From: a virus
Taxonomy: Duplodnaviria > Caudoviricetes
Virus record (IMG/VR): IMGVR_UViG_3300025608_000006
DNA: 64,000 nucleotides
Direction: 5' to 3' (one strand)
In this document: one piece after another, positions 45,091 to 53,932 of the stretch
Layout: every line of letters begins with the position of its first letter
How positions within the stretch are numbered: position 1 is the stretch's first letter
The notes under the pieces: generated by a model
Seen by the model: the letters and a program-made list of their open reading frames with translations, nothing else
Databases searched by the model: none
What the model was told of the DNA's origin: nothing
Made by a program: the position numbers and the translations under genes

Positions 45091-46430
45091 TATATAATCT
45101 CATGAGCATAACTTTCAAAATATTTTGCTGTGTATATACTTACATCAGTATCACTACTTTCAGACTCGAATATGAACGGAATTGCCGTTAGACTATCTGA
45201 TAATAATTCTCCAACAGTAAATTCTAGACTTCTAAAAAGTACATTTGGATCATATTTTGATGTTACACTAAAATATAATACTTCCGTAGGTTTATATCCA
45301 CTAGTTAATAGGAATTTTTTAGTATGTGGATTTAATAAAATACTCCAATAATTTCCAAAAGTGTTTTGTTGAATAATTATGTCGTATTCTTTATCAACTT
45401 GTACTTGATGAAGTTGTTTTCCTGATAGAATAATTTGTCCATTTTTTAAATTTACCGGCATATGCAAGTCTAATTGTATATCTCGATATGTAATTTTTTC
45501 AGTTAAGTCAACTAAATCAACTTCTGCACACATATCATCAACATAATACAAAAGTGTAGTAGGATTAGAATAGAAAAAGATACTTGTTTTATCTTTACTA
45601 AAATCCTGCATTACAAGTTGTATGCTGTATATACTGTTATCGTTAAGTACAACGTCTCCAGGAGTAATAGTTTTAACTACCGGAAGTTTTTTATTTGCAT
45701 CTGAATATAATTTTACATTGCTAACAACAATTTCTGCATTATCCATAGTAAATTCAGTATATGCTGGTTGATCTTCTAAGAGTCTATAAACTACTCCGTT
45801 AATCCAAACATGCTGTCCTGACAAATGAGATAATTCCTTATACCAAACATCTACGTGTATACCCACGTATTCTGGAATCATGGTTAGTTTTTCTGCTGAA
45901 TGGGTTTGTGTAGGCAACGAAGTTATTAGTACGTCCTCTACAAAAAGAATATGTTCATCTTTGTCAAATACCTCAGAAGGAACTAGATCTGTCTTTAATT
46001 TATAAACATTATCTTTAAACCAAACACACTGGTTTTTACTATAACTATGATTATCGTTATACATATAAATGTCAACACCATCGTAAACTTTTTCTATAGA
46101 AAAATGCTCATCATGTGTATGCTTAATTACAGGCAATTGATAACACATTGTATCAGCTGTTCGATGAGAGTCGTCGTATGCTACTTCTTTTAGTCTTATT
46201 TCTTTAACACTGACATCATAAAAAATAGCATACTCATCTGTACGGCGTTCGCCAGTAAGTATAGACTGAACTTCGTTCGTATCAATAGGAAAAATCTTGT
46301 ACTCTTCATCAGGAATATTCTTACTGCTAATTTTGTATATTTTTCCGTTATCGCTGTCATAATAGACATAGGATTTTGTCCTATCACTGCTAACTTGTAT
46401 TCTTTTAATTAAATTTTGTAAATCAGACAT
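45090..46430 (-). CDS. Hypothetical protein, 446 aa
   Basis: Long ORF coupled to both neighbours; no motif recognised. Confidence 0.75.
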   Translation of the reverse strand: MSDLQNLIKRIQVSSDRTKSYVYYDSDNGKIYKISSKNIPDEEYKIFPIDTNEVQSILTGERRTDEYAIFYDVSVKEIRLKEVAYDDSHRTADTMCYQLPVIKHTHDEHFSIEKVYDGVDIYMYNDNHSYSKNQCVWFKDNVYKLKTDLVPSEVFDKDEHILFVEDVLITSLPTQTHSAEKLTMIPEYVGIHVDVWYKELSHLSGQHVWINGVVYRLLEDQPAYTEFTMDNAEIVVSNVKLYSDANKKLPVVKTITPGDVVLNDNSIYSIQLVMQDFSKDKTSIFFYSNPTTLLYYVDDMCAEVDLVDLTEKITYRDIQLDLHMPVNLKNGQIILSGKQLHQVQVDKEYDIIIQQNTFGNYWSILLNPHTKKFLLTSGYKPTEVLYFSVTSKYDPNVLFRSLEFTVGELLSDSLTAIPFIFESESSDTDVSIYTAKYFESYAHEII

Positions 46431-47265
46431 TTGTTAGACTCCTGTATCTTTCTATTGCAGGCGATTTTGTTACGAAGTCATTTTCAGTATAGTGCAGAAT
46501 TCCTGTTTGTGCATAATTGCCTATTTTTATACTACCATCTTTAGAAATATACACACCTACACGATCTTGCCAGCTAGATTGTATTTCATTCCATCCTTGG
46601 CAGTAAGGTTTCATATGTGTAAAATTAGGAAACTTAGCAATTTTATTTGTAATTGCATCTTCACAATCTAGTATACTAGTAACGATAGCAGCACATACAT
46701 CAATACTTAGATGTGTAGGGCGAGATGTAGCCACTAAATGTTGTTCGTAAAACGCTTGCCAATTGTTTACTATTAGTTCTAACCAAGCATAAAACTCTTG
46801 TGCAAATTTGCATTTCTTAAAATAATGAAATCCGCTAAACAAGTTTGGTAAATTGTTTTCTATAAATGTTTTTCTATAGTAACTAGTATCTGCTGCTTCG
46901 CCTCTATAATTTAGTACATTGCTAACAAAAAACATTTCATAATTAGACAAAAACTTCCACCACATGTCAATGTTTTGTAACACTAACATATCTGTATCCA
47001 TTACAATTGTTTCGTCATACGGACTAGCATGATATAATTTCCATCTATTTTCAATTTTCCAGTCAGTGTCTTTGGCTGCATCGTTAAACGGAATAGGAAT
47101 AATTTTATCAAAGAGTTTTTGATATTCTTCTGGCACAATATTATTTGTTACTAAACTAATAGGAGTATCATTATGCGCTCGTAAACTCATTGCTAATAAT
47201 GATGCTTGTTCAACGTAGTTGTCTATTTCATTATTTTGCGCAAGAACCATTATACCTTTACTCAC
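46423..47265 (-). CDS. Putative GT-A (GT8-like) nucleotide-diphospho-sugar transferase
   Basis: SPYDETIVMDTD (DxD), NLFSGFHYF, HMKP; tandem paralog of next gene. Confidence 0.55.
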   Translation of the reverse strand: MSKGIMVLAQNNEIDNYVEQASLLAMSLRAHNDTPISLVTNNIVPEEYQKLFDKIIPIPFNDAAKDTDWKIENRWKLYHASPYDETIVMDTDMLVLQNIDMWWKFLSNYEMFFVSNVLNYRGEAADTSYYRKTFIENNLPNLFSGFHYFKKCKFAQEFYAWLELIVNNWQAFYEQHLVATSRPTHLSIDVCAAIVTSILDCEDAITNKIAKFPNFTHMKPYCQGWNEIQSSWQDRVGVYISKDGSIKIGNYAQTGILHYTENDFVTKSPAIERYRSLTNV

Positions 47266-48109
47266 CAGTGAACTCCTTATCGATAATTCTATTAAGACTA
47301 ATTTTATTCATGACATGAATTGTTTGTCCTTGTGTTTTTAATGCTGTGTATTCTCCAAGATAGTCTTCCTTTTCTACTAAAAACAGCATTTCATCATCTA
47401 CAAGTTTCCACAAAATGTCTTTATCTGTAGTATACAACATAGTTCCTGGTAGTTGTTGTGCAAAATCTCCCTTTGTAAAGCCATTTAACATATGTATAGC
47501 GATACTAAATGCAAAATCATTCCTAAACAAACTAGAAGTAATTTGATATGCCCTTCTATAATGATTCCATTCTTGCTCTATATGAGCAACAAGATCAAAA
47601 AACACTTTGTTTATTTCTGTTTTTCTAAAAAACACAACAGTAGCCCAGTAAAAGTCGACACTAGGATCACTTATTTTATCAAATTCAGTTTCGTCTCTAA
47701 CTTTTGCAATATCGCTGGAGTTTTTATAAATTAAAAAATCTGAGGTAGAATTAAAACAATCTTTCAACAAACTGTTTGATACAATATAATCTGTATCCAT
47801 TAATAGAGTTTCGTCATATGGCGTAAGGTCATATACACTTGCACGATTATTATTTTTAAAGTTAGCTGTTTTTTTAGTCAAGCCGCCGTCGAAAAAATAT
47901 CGCATATTAGATGCGCTGGTATACTCTAATTCGATAATATTATCAAAGTCATCAGTGCCGAATGTTGTGGTTAGATATTCAGCACTATCAGTAGCAACTG
48001 TTACCGGAATATCTAAATATTTTTTTATACGCTTTGCAAGAAATACTGCTTGTTTAACATAGTCAATATGTCCATTATTTCGTGCAATTAAAAATACACC
48101 TTTACTCAT
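47258..48109 (-). CDS. Putative GT-A (GT8-like) nucleotide-diphospho-sugar transferase
   Basis: TPYDETLLMDTD, YWATVVFF, RNDFAFS, HVMNK. Confidence 0.55.
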   Translation of the reverse strand: MSKGVFLIARNNGHIDYVKQAVFLAKRIKKYLDIPVTVATDSAEYLTTTFGTDDFDNIIELEYTSASNMRYFFDGGLTKKTANFKNNNRASVYDLTPYDETLLMDTDYIVSNSLLKDCFNSTSDFLIYKNSSDIAKVRDETEFDKISDPSVDFYWATVVFFRKTEINKVFFDLVAHIEQEWNHYRRAYQITSSLFRNDFAFSIAIHMLNGFTKGDFAQQLPGTMLYTTDKDILWKLVDDEMLFLVEKEDYLGEYTALKTQGQTIHVMNKISLNRIIDKEFTGE

Positions 48110-48452
48110 AATTGACTAGTTTCTCTACACTTCTATTCTTTTTAAGTTTAGCATATGCAGTATAATAGCTGTTAGATGCTACAGTGTATTTGTTTATAAT
48201 TTCGCCATAAAATTCTTCAAGATTTTCAATCATACACGGAATATTATTGTCATCAGTAATTACAACTTCGTCTTGATCAGCAGATACCATTGCACTTACA
48301 AAGGTAATTAGTTCACGAGTAAGCGTAAACTGTGATCCTTTGTAAAAATGAATTAATTCTTCTTGATATTTTTCTGCTAACAGTCTTTTTTGATTATTGA
48401 GGGTTAGCATATAATTAGAAAAGTCTAGTGCTTTTTCTAAACGTTCGTCCAT
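48102..48452 (-). CDS. Hypothetical protein, 116 aa
   Basis: SD GGAG; first gene after a sigma70 promoter. Confidence 0.75.
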   Translation of the reverse strand: MDERLEKALDFSNYMLTLNNQKRLLAEKYQEELIHFYKGSQFTLTRELITFVSAMVSADQDEVVITDDNNIPCMIENLEEFYGEIINKYTVASNSYYTAYAKLKKNRSVEKLVNYE

Positions 48453-48478
48453 AGTTAAACTCCTAGTTTATTGTTACT

Positions 48479-48507
48479 AGTATATATTAAGTTTTAGGAT
48501 TTGTCAA
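48479..48507 (-). promoter_or_regulatory. Sigma70-type promoter heading the glycosyltransferase/radical SAM operon
   Basis: TTGACA (48507-48502), 17 bp, TATACT (48484-48479). Confidence 0.85.
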
Positions 48508-48518
48508 GTGGAGTTTGG

Positions 48519-49502
48519 TTAAGAAAGGGTACGTATAGTAGTACCTACAGGTACATTATCAATCACAACTGCATCGTGTAATACACCATTGATTGTTACT
48601 TGGCTATCAGGAGTCGCTGTTTCTACAACACTATTAAATGTTCCAAATACCGGTTCGTCGATGCCATAAGTAGGATCATTTGGCGCACCATCTACAAATT
48701 CTACTTTAAATTGTATAGCAGACGTATCATCTCCTGTGGCATATTCAGCAGCGTATATATTATATCTATTTCTAGCATACACTGCTCCGCCTGTTCTAGA
48801 ATACAACAACTGATAACTTGATGTTAGATCATAATTTCCAAGATTTGATCCAGTACCAATTCCTGCATTATTAATAGTTTCTGTTGCCTTAAAGCTCGTC
48901 GAACCCATTGCATTTAATATCGATTGCCAATCAACTGTTTTAGCTTGACTTCCTGTATAACCTACATTAGCACTAATTCTAATTTGGCCTCCGGCATTGA
49001 AAAAGTGTCTGCGTTCAATAGCAGTATTAAATGTTATTGTAAAAATGTGAGAAATAGCACTAACCCAGGTAGTTGTATCTGGGCGTGTGCTGGATGCTGC
49101 TGAGACTGCTGCAATTGTTAAATTATTAGGATCTACAATTAATTTATCTGTATTAATATTAGTTGCTAAAGATTCTAACCCTTGTACATACGCTTCTTCA
49201 ATTTTGTCAGCGTTTGCCAAGTTTGTGTCGTAATCTCCAATTACAAATTCATCAATTGTAACGGCGGCGCCCACTTGGTGGAATCTAGTTCTTACTAAGT
49301 CAATATATAAATCTTCATAATCTTGAGCAGTAATTTTATCAGCATCGGCTGGAGAAGTTACCGAACGTGTACCAACTACGCTATTAGTGCTGAATAATTG
49401 CCCGTAACCAAACTCAGGAGAGGCAGTATTAGATTCACCTAGAATTAAATTTACATTATCTCGGAGAGTATTATATCTACTGGCTAATATTGTTGTTGGC
49501 AT
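48519..49502 (-). CDS. Virion structural protein (paralog of 49564-50487)
   Basis: RRHFFNAGGQIR motif shared with neighbour; T/S/A/G-rich; TAAATA upstream. Confidence 0.65.
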   Translation of the reverse strand: MPTTILASRYNTLRDNVNLILGESNTASPEFGYGQLFSTNSVVGTRSVTSPADADKITAQDYEDLYIDLVRTRFHQVGAAVTIDEFVIGDYDTNLANADKIEEAYVQGLESLATNINTDKLIVDPNNLTIAAVSAASSTRPDTTTWVSAISHIFTITFNTAIERRHFFNAGGQIRISANVGYTGSQAKTVDWQSILNAMGSTSFKATETINNAGIGTGSNLGNYDLTSSYQLLYSRTGGAVYARNRYNIYAAEYATGDDTSAIQFKVEFVDGAPNDPTYGIDEPVFGTFNSVVETATPDSQVTINGVLHDAVVIDNVPVGTTIRTLS

Positions 49503-49526
49503 CAATTATCTCTTTACTGTTAAGTA

Positions 49527-49547
49527 TATTTATTTAAAAAATATTTA
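49527..49547 (-). promoter_or_regulatory. Cluster of three late-promoter hexamers TAAATA
   Basis: TATTTA on + strand at 49527-49532, 49531-49536 and 49542-49547. Confidence 0.6.
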
Positions 49548-49563
49548 GAAAATTAAATGCTGA

Positions 49564-50487
49564 TTATGTCAATGTCTGACTATTAAAATATGCAGGAGCA
49601 GGAACTGTTACGTCACCGTTAGCACGGTAATGTTGTAGTACACTTTCTAGTCTGCCGTCAACATTATTGTCAATGTTGTTATCAAACACTACATCATTGA
49701 ACTCAACTCTAAAAATAATACGTGTATCGATATCCGAACGTGCTTTAACAGTGTAAATATTGCCTGCGTATATTGCACTATATGTGCCTGATCCTATTTT
49801 TTGATATATATCTTGATACGAGGCTGTTAAACTATAGTTGCCAATTGATGTGCCGCCGCCTGTTGTTGAAGTTGTAGAGTCTGAACCAAATTTAATTGTT
49901 CCTACTTGAGAACATAACTGGCTCCAATCTAGACCTTTAGGAGTACTTGCGCTAGTGTTATTAGCACTTAATCTAATTTCTCCGCCTGTGTTAAAAAAGA
50001 ATCGTCTAGCAGATGCAGAAGAGAAAGTAACTTGAATTTCGTGTACTATTAACCCGTTCCAAGAACTTGATCTTACATTAGATATACCAGGTTCTAAAGC
50101 AGCTTGACTAGGATGTATCAATGCTTTATCTGCTTGCACCTGTGTCATTAAATTTTCAAAATCTACAATTCCTTTTTTAATACCGTCTGGATCAATTGAT
50201 GTTACGCCATCATTATCTATAAAAGAACTTGTATTTTCAGCAACAATATTTAAATTTTGTAAAACTTCAGCAATTCCAATATCGCCAGGACCTACTTGGT
50301 GTACTCTTGCTTTAAGAATGTCAGTATAAATGGCATTCATATCCGCTGCTTCAACTACATCACCTGTATTAGAAACTGGAACACTAGTAACTACTTGTCC
50401 GTATCCGTTTTGTCCGGAGCCATTGCCTAATATAAGTGCAATGCTTGATTGCAAGTTGTTAATTCGTGCTGCTGTAATATCTGCCAT
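49564..50487 (-). CDS. Virion structural protein
   Basis: RRFFFNTGGEIR; SD AAGGA; lies within the tail module. Confidence 0.65.
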   Translation of the reverse strand: MADITAARINNLQSSIALILGNGSGQNGYGQVVTSVPVSNTGDVVEAADMNAIYTDILKARVHQVGPGDIGIAEVLQNLNIVAENTSSFIDNDGVTSIDPDGIKKGIVDFENLMTQVQADKALIHPSQAALEPGISNVRSSSWNGLIVHEIQVTFSSASARRFFFNTGGEIRLSANNTSASTPKGLDWSQLCSQVGTIKFGSDSTTSTTGGGTSIGNYSLTASYQDIYQKIGSGTYSAIYAGNIYTVKARSDIDTRIIFRVEFNDVVFDNNIDNNVDGRLESVLQHYRANGDVTVPAPAYFNSQTLT

Positions 50488-50496
50488 GATGATTCC

Positions 50497-51981
50497 TTAA
50501 ACTTTTAGTACACATTCTACTAGTTTTTCGCCCTCATCGCTGTTGCTTTCTAATGCAACACCAACTAAACTGCCGCCGTTAATTTCTGTGCTTGCACAAC
50601 CATTAGCGTTGACATAAACTGCTTGCCCTTTCTTAACTGCACCTATAATGCGAACTGGTAAGCGCCCTTTAAGACCAATGTATTGACCTTCTGCTTCACT
50701 GTTCATCATTACAGCTGGATCCGTTGATACAACACCAATTGCAATTGCGCCTACACTTGCTGCTTCAACTTCGTGATCTTCGTGTGCGCACACTGTAACT
50801 ACTGTACCTGGCGCTAGTTCTTCGCCTGTTGAATACTTTTCTGCAAGGTCAGCATAACGTGCTTGTGTTGCAACACCTTGGAATAAGTTTGCTGCTATGT
50901 TTCCTGTTGCATCTCTAACTGCTACTGTATTATTAGTTGCGCTCGAACTTGCACTACGGAAATCGCTACCCACTCTTAGTGTAGCAGCTTTAGTTGCTTC
51001 GCCTGTAAAGTTAGCAGCATAAACATTTGACCATCCTAGGCTAGCACTGCCTAATGTAAATGTGTTGTCTGCTGCTGGTACAAATCCAGTTGATGTAACT
51101 GTGGCAACATGTGTTAGTACACCTGCGCCACTGGTAACTTTTAATTTAATTACACCATTGTTAGTAATATTTTGGATTATGCCATCAAATCCATTAGTAT
51201 CTATTTTAACTTGGAAATCGTTCGATTCACCAATTAACGCTCCTTCGTCTGGAAATTCAACTGCACTAGTAAATACTGTATTGCCTACTCCAGTTTTAAC
51301 ATAGTTATCTGCTGTAAATCCGCCGAGCTTTTCAGCGTTTGTTGCTGTTCCATGGAATCTGTCTTCTCCAGTAGTAACACCAGCTGTTGCTAGTTTAGTA
51401 TTACGCAGTGTAATACCTTTGTTAATTCTATCGAATCCTTGTGCAATTAATGCAGTTTCACTTGCATTTAGATCAAACTGTGTAGGACTAATAACAAAAA
51501 TTGTTTCGTCTTCAATAACACTAGATATCAATCCTCTAGTAGCACTTGTAGAATCAAGAACTTCAAGGCTTTGCATTTGGGTTACGCCTTCACCTGCGTT
51601 CTGTGGTCCTATAAGTACAAAGTTTGTACCGTTATACACATAAAGTTGATCATTGCCATTATCCCACCAAAAATCAGCAGTGGCTAATCCTGTTGGTTCT
51701 GTTGCACCTACTTCTGCTCCGCCTGTTGTACGCCATTGTGTACCATCATAAAACTTTAGTTTGCTTGTGCCACTGTCAAACCATACCTGACCGCTAATCG
51801 GTCTACTTGGCTGATTTGCTCCGCTAAAGTTTTCTAACAAAAACAAGAAGTTTTCGTTTTGAATTTCACCGTACCCTGCGTAGTTTTTACCGATGAATTT
51901 AAGGTCAGTTGTTTGATCAACTGTACCATCTTCCACTGTAGTTAACAGTGTGTTATTATATCTGTCTATTGCATATGCCAT
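50497..51981 (-). CDS. Tail fibre/spike with C-terminal intramolecular-chaperone (peptidase G2-like) domain
   Basis: Shared N-terminal GKNYAGYGEIQNENFLFLLENF domain; C-terminal YADLAEKY..PGTVV..IGVVSTDPA..GLKGRLPV. Confidence 0.7.
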   Translation of the reverse strand: MAYAIDRYNNTLLTTVEDGTVDQTTDLKFIGKNYAGYGEIQNENFLFLLENFSGANQPSRPISGQVWFDSGTSKLKFYDGTQWRTTGGAEVGATEPTGLATADFWWDNGNDQLYVYNGTNFVLIGPQNAGEGVTQMQSLEVLDSTSATRGLISSVIEDETIFVISPTQFDLNASETALIAQGFDRINKGITLRNTKLATAGVTTGEDRFHGTATNAEKLGGFTADNYVKTGVGNTVFTSAVEFPDEGALIGESNDFQVKIDTNGFDGIIQNITNNGVIKLKVTSGAGVLTHVATVTSTGFVPAADNTFTLGSASLGWSNVYAANFTGEATKAATLRVGSDFRSASSSATNNTVAVRDATGNIAANLFQGVATQARYADLAEKYSTGEELAPGTVVTVCAHEDHEVEAASVGAIAIGVVSTDPAVMMNSEAEGQYIGLKGRLPVRIIGAVKKGQAVYVNANGCASTEINGGSLVGVALESNSDEGEKLVECVLKV

Positions 51982-52008
51982 TTATGTAACCCCTAGTGCT
52001 ATTAGTAT

Positions 52009-52014
52009 TATTTA
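52009..52014 (-). promoter_or_regulatory. Late promoter hexamer TAAATA
   Basis: Lies upstream of 51981, with SD GGGG between. Confidence 0.65.
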
Positions 52015-52020
52015 TCGTTT

Positions 52021-53931
52021 TTACGAATACACCAGAGTTGACTGGTGTTCCCAAGCAGTGCCGCTAGATTTGTATGTCATCATTGTTCTAGCAGGAGTTA
52101 GAATAACATTACCGCTTGCGCCTTCTGCGTCAAACACCACATCCTGAACAACTGATTCGTTTTGTGTGCCGTTGCTGTCGACATCAATATAACTTATGAC
52201 TTTTGCACTCTCAACATCAACACCTTCAACAGTTGCTCCAGCATATGAAGTTGTATGTATCCTAGCAATTTTATTTGTATTAAGCGAAATAGCAGGATAT
52301 AAATCATTTAAGTAAGAAGATACAGTTGATTCTAATACTGCGCCAGTACCTAAACCAGTAATATCCATACTAAATGCAATTGCTTCAGTTACAATTTCTT
52401 CATCTACGTATTCTTTTGTAGTTACAGTATTACTTACTGATTCGTCTACGGCAAGCTCTGCTGCTTTTCTAGAACTTATTGCTTTAGCAACCCCAGTAAT
52501 GCTTTGATTATCTGTAATATTGATATCAGCGCCTGCTGTAATTGCAATGCCGTTTGTTGAAGTGATAGCCATATCATTCGTAGAGCTAATTATTTTGCCG
52601 TTGATGTTAATTTCGTCAACTTGCAATACAGTTAACGTGCCAATTTGATCTAGATCTAACGCTTTAGTAACATTAACTAACGTATCATTTGTTAGTTTGT
52701 CAACTCCGCCAATTTTGTAAGTAGAAGTACTATTCAATAAATCAAAGTTTACATTTGAAGTAAACGAGTTAGTAGCAACTTTCCAAAGTATATCCTTACT
52801 GCCATTACTACTATTAACTTGTATACCCGAACTGTCGGCTTGTGCATCAGTAAGTTCTGTACTATCATTTAGCACACCAATTTCGATAATTTTATCTTCA
52901 ACTCTCAGTGTTTGCACATCTAATGCAACTCTGTCGCCTTCGACAATTAAGTCGCCTGTTACTCTTAAGTCGCCTTCTACATCAAGTGTGTATTCCGGTA
53001 GCCTGTCAGTTGTAAATATACCTACTCGTGCAGTGCTTGCATCAATATAAATTGCATCTACTGAAATTGCGCCGAACTCAGTAGACTTAACACGCAGACT
53101 TAAATCGTGATCAGTAAGCTGGTTTTCAATATAAAAGCGAGGTCCAACAACTTTCTGTACGTTGTTTTGTGACAATCCAATTGTTAAACCACCTGAGTTT
53201 TGAATTGTTAGTGTACCTGTTGTAATACCGTTTGCTGTAGATGGAAGGAAACTATCAGCTGTTCTAACTATACCGCCTGCTGTTACAAGTGCGTTTGCAG
53301 AATCTGCAATTCCTCTATATTTAAAATTATCAGTGTCAATAATATTATACCCAGATTTGATAATTCCATTTGGATTTGCATCTGTGACTAGACCTAAAAT
53401 ACGCTGTGCATATTGAGGTGTAAATTCAATATTACTAATAACTGCTGATAGTGTGCCGGCTACATATAGGTATACCACTGTTCTCGAACGGCTCTGGGAG
53501 TCAAGAATACTACCAACTTCAAATCCGCTCTTTCCTTGAGACTCTGTATACTGTGGACCCATTAACATTAAGTCCGTGCCGTCAAATGCATACACCTGAT
53601 TGTTTAGGTTGTCAATCCACAAGTCGCCTGCAACCATTTGTGGACGAGTATTTTGTACAATTGGTCCGCCACTGGACTTCCATACAGTGCCGTCATAAAC
53701 TTTCAAACGCTGTTCATTGCTATCCCACCAAAGCTGTCCAGTGATCGGATTGCTAGGTGCAGCAGTATTTGAGAAATTTTCTAATAGCTTAATAAAGTTT
53801 TCGTTAAAATATTCGCCGTAACCTGAATAATTTCTACCAACTAATACTAAATTAGTACTAGTAGTATCTATTTGTCCATCAATTAGGTCTGTTAGCAGTG
53901 TGCCGTCTGTCTTATTTAATTGATAGCTCAT
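52021..53931 (-). CDS. Tail fibre-like structural protein
   Basis: Shared N-terminal GRNYSGYGEYFNENFIKLLENF domain; GQLWWD..LKVYDG repeats; RVGIFT..P.YTLDV. Confidence 0.7.
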   Translation of the reverse strand: MSYQLNKTDGTLLTDLIDGQIDTTSTNLVLVGRNYSGYGEYFNENFIKLLENFSNTAAPSNPITGQLWWDSNEQRLKVYDGTVWKSSGGPIVQNTRPQMVAGDLWIDNLNNQVYAFDGTDLMLMGPQYTESQGKSGFEVGSILDSQSRSRTVVYLYVAGTLSAVISNIEFTPQYAQRILGLVTDANPNGIIKSGYNIIDTDNFKYRGIADSANALVTAGGIVRTADSFLPSTANGITTGTLTIQNSGGLTIGLSQNNVQKVVGPRFYIENQLTDHDLSLRVKSTEFGAISVDAIYIDASTARVGIFTTDRLPEYTLDVEGDLRVTGDLIVEGDRVALDVQTLRVEDKIIEIGVLNDSTELTDAQADSSGIQVNSSNGSKDILWKVATNSFTSNVNFDLLNSTSTYKIGGVDKLTNDTLVNVTKALDLDQIGTLTVLQVDEININGKIISSTNDMAITSTNGIAITAGADINITDNQSITGVAKAISSRKAAELAVDESVSNTVTTKEYVDEEIVTEAIAFSMDITGLGTGAVLESTVSSYLNDLYPAISLNTNKIARIHTTSYAGATVEGVDVESAKVISYIDVDSNGTQNESVVQDVVFDAEGASGNVILTPARTMMTYKSSGTAWEHQSTLVYS

Positions 53932-53932
53932 T

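Noticed and set aside
12282-48452. Island as a mobile element or cellular contamination
   Set aside because: There is no integrase, transposase or att-like flanking repeat, and island genes use the same TAAATA late-promoter grammar as the virion genes.
12212-48519. RiPP precursor peptide gene for the SPASM radical SAM enzymes
   Set aside because: Intergenic gaps in the island are under 70 bp and occupied by promoters or terminators, and no short Cys/Ser-rich ORF with its own start signal was found.
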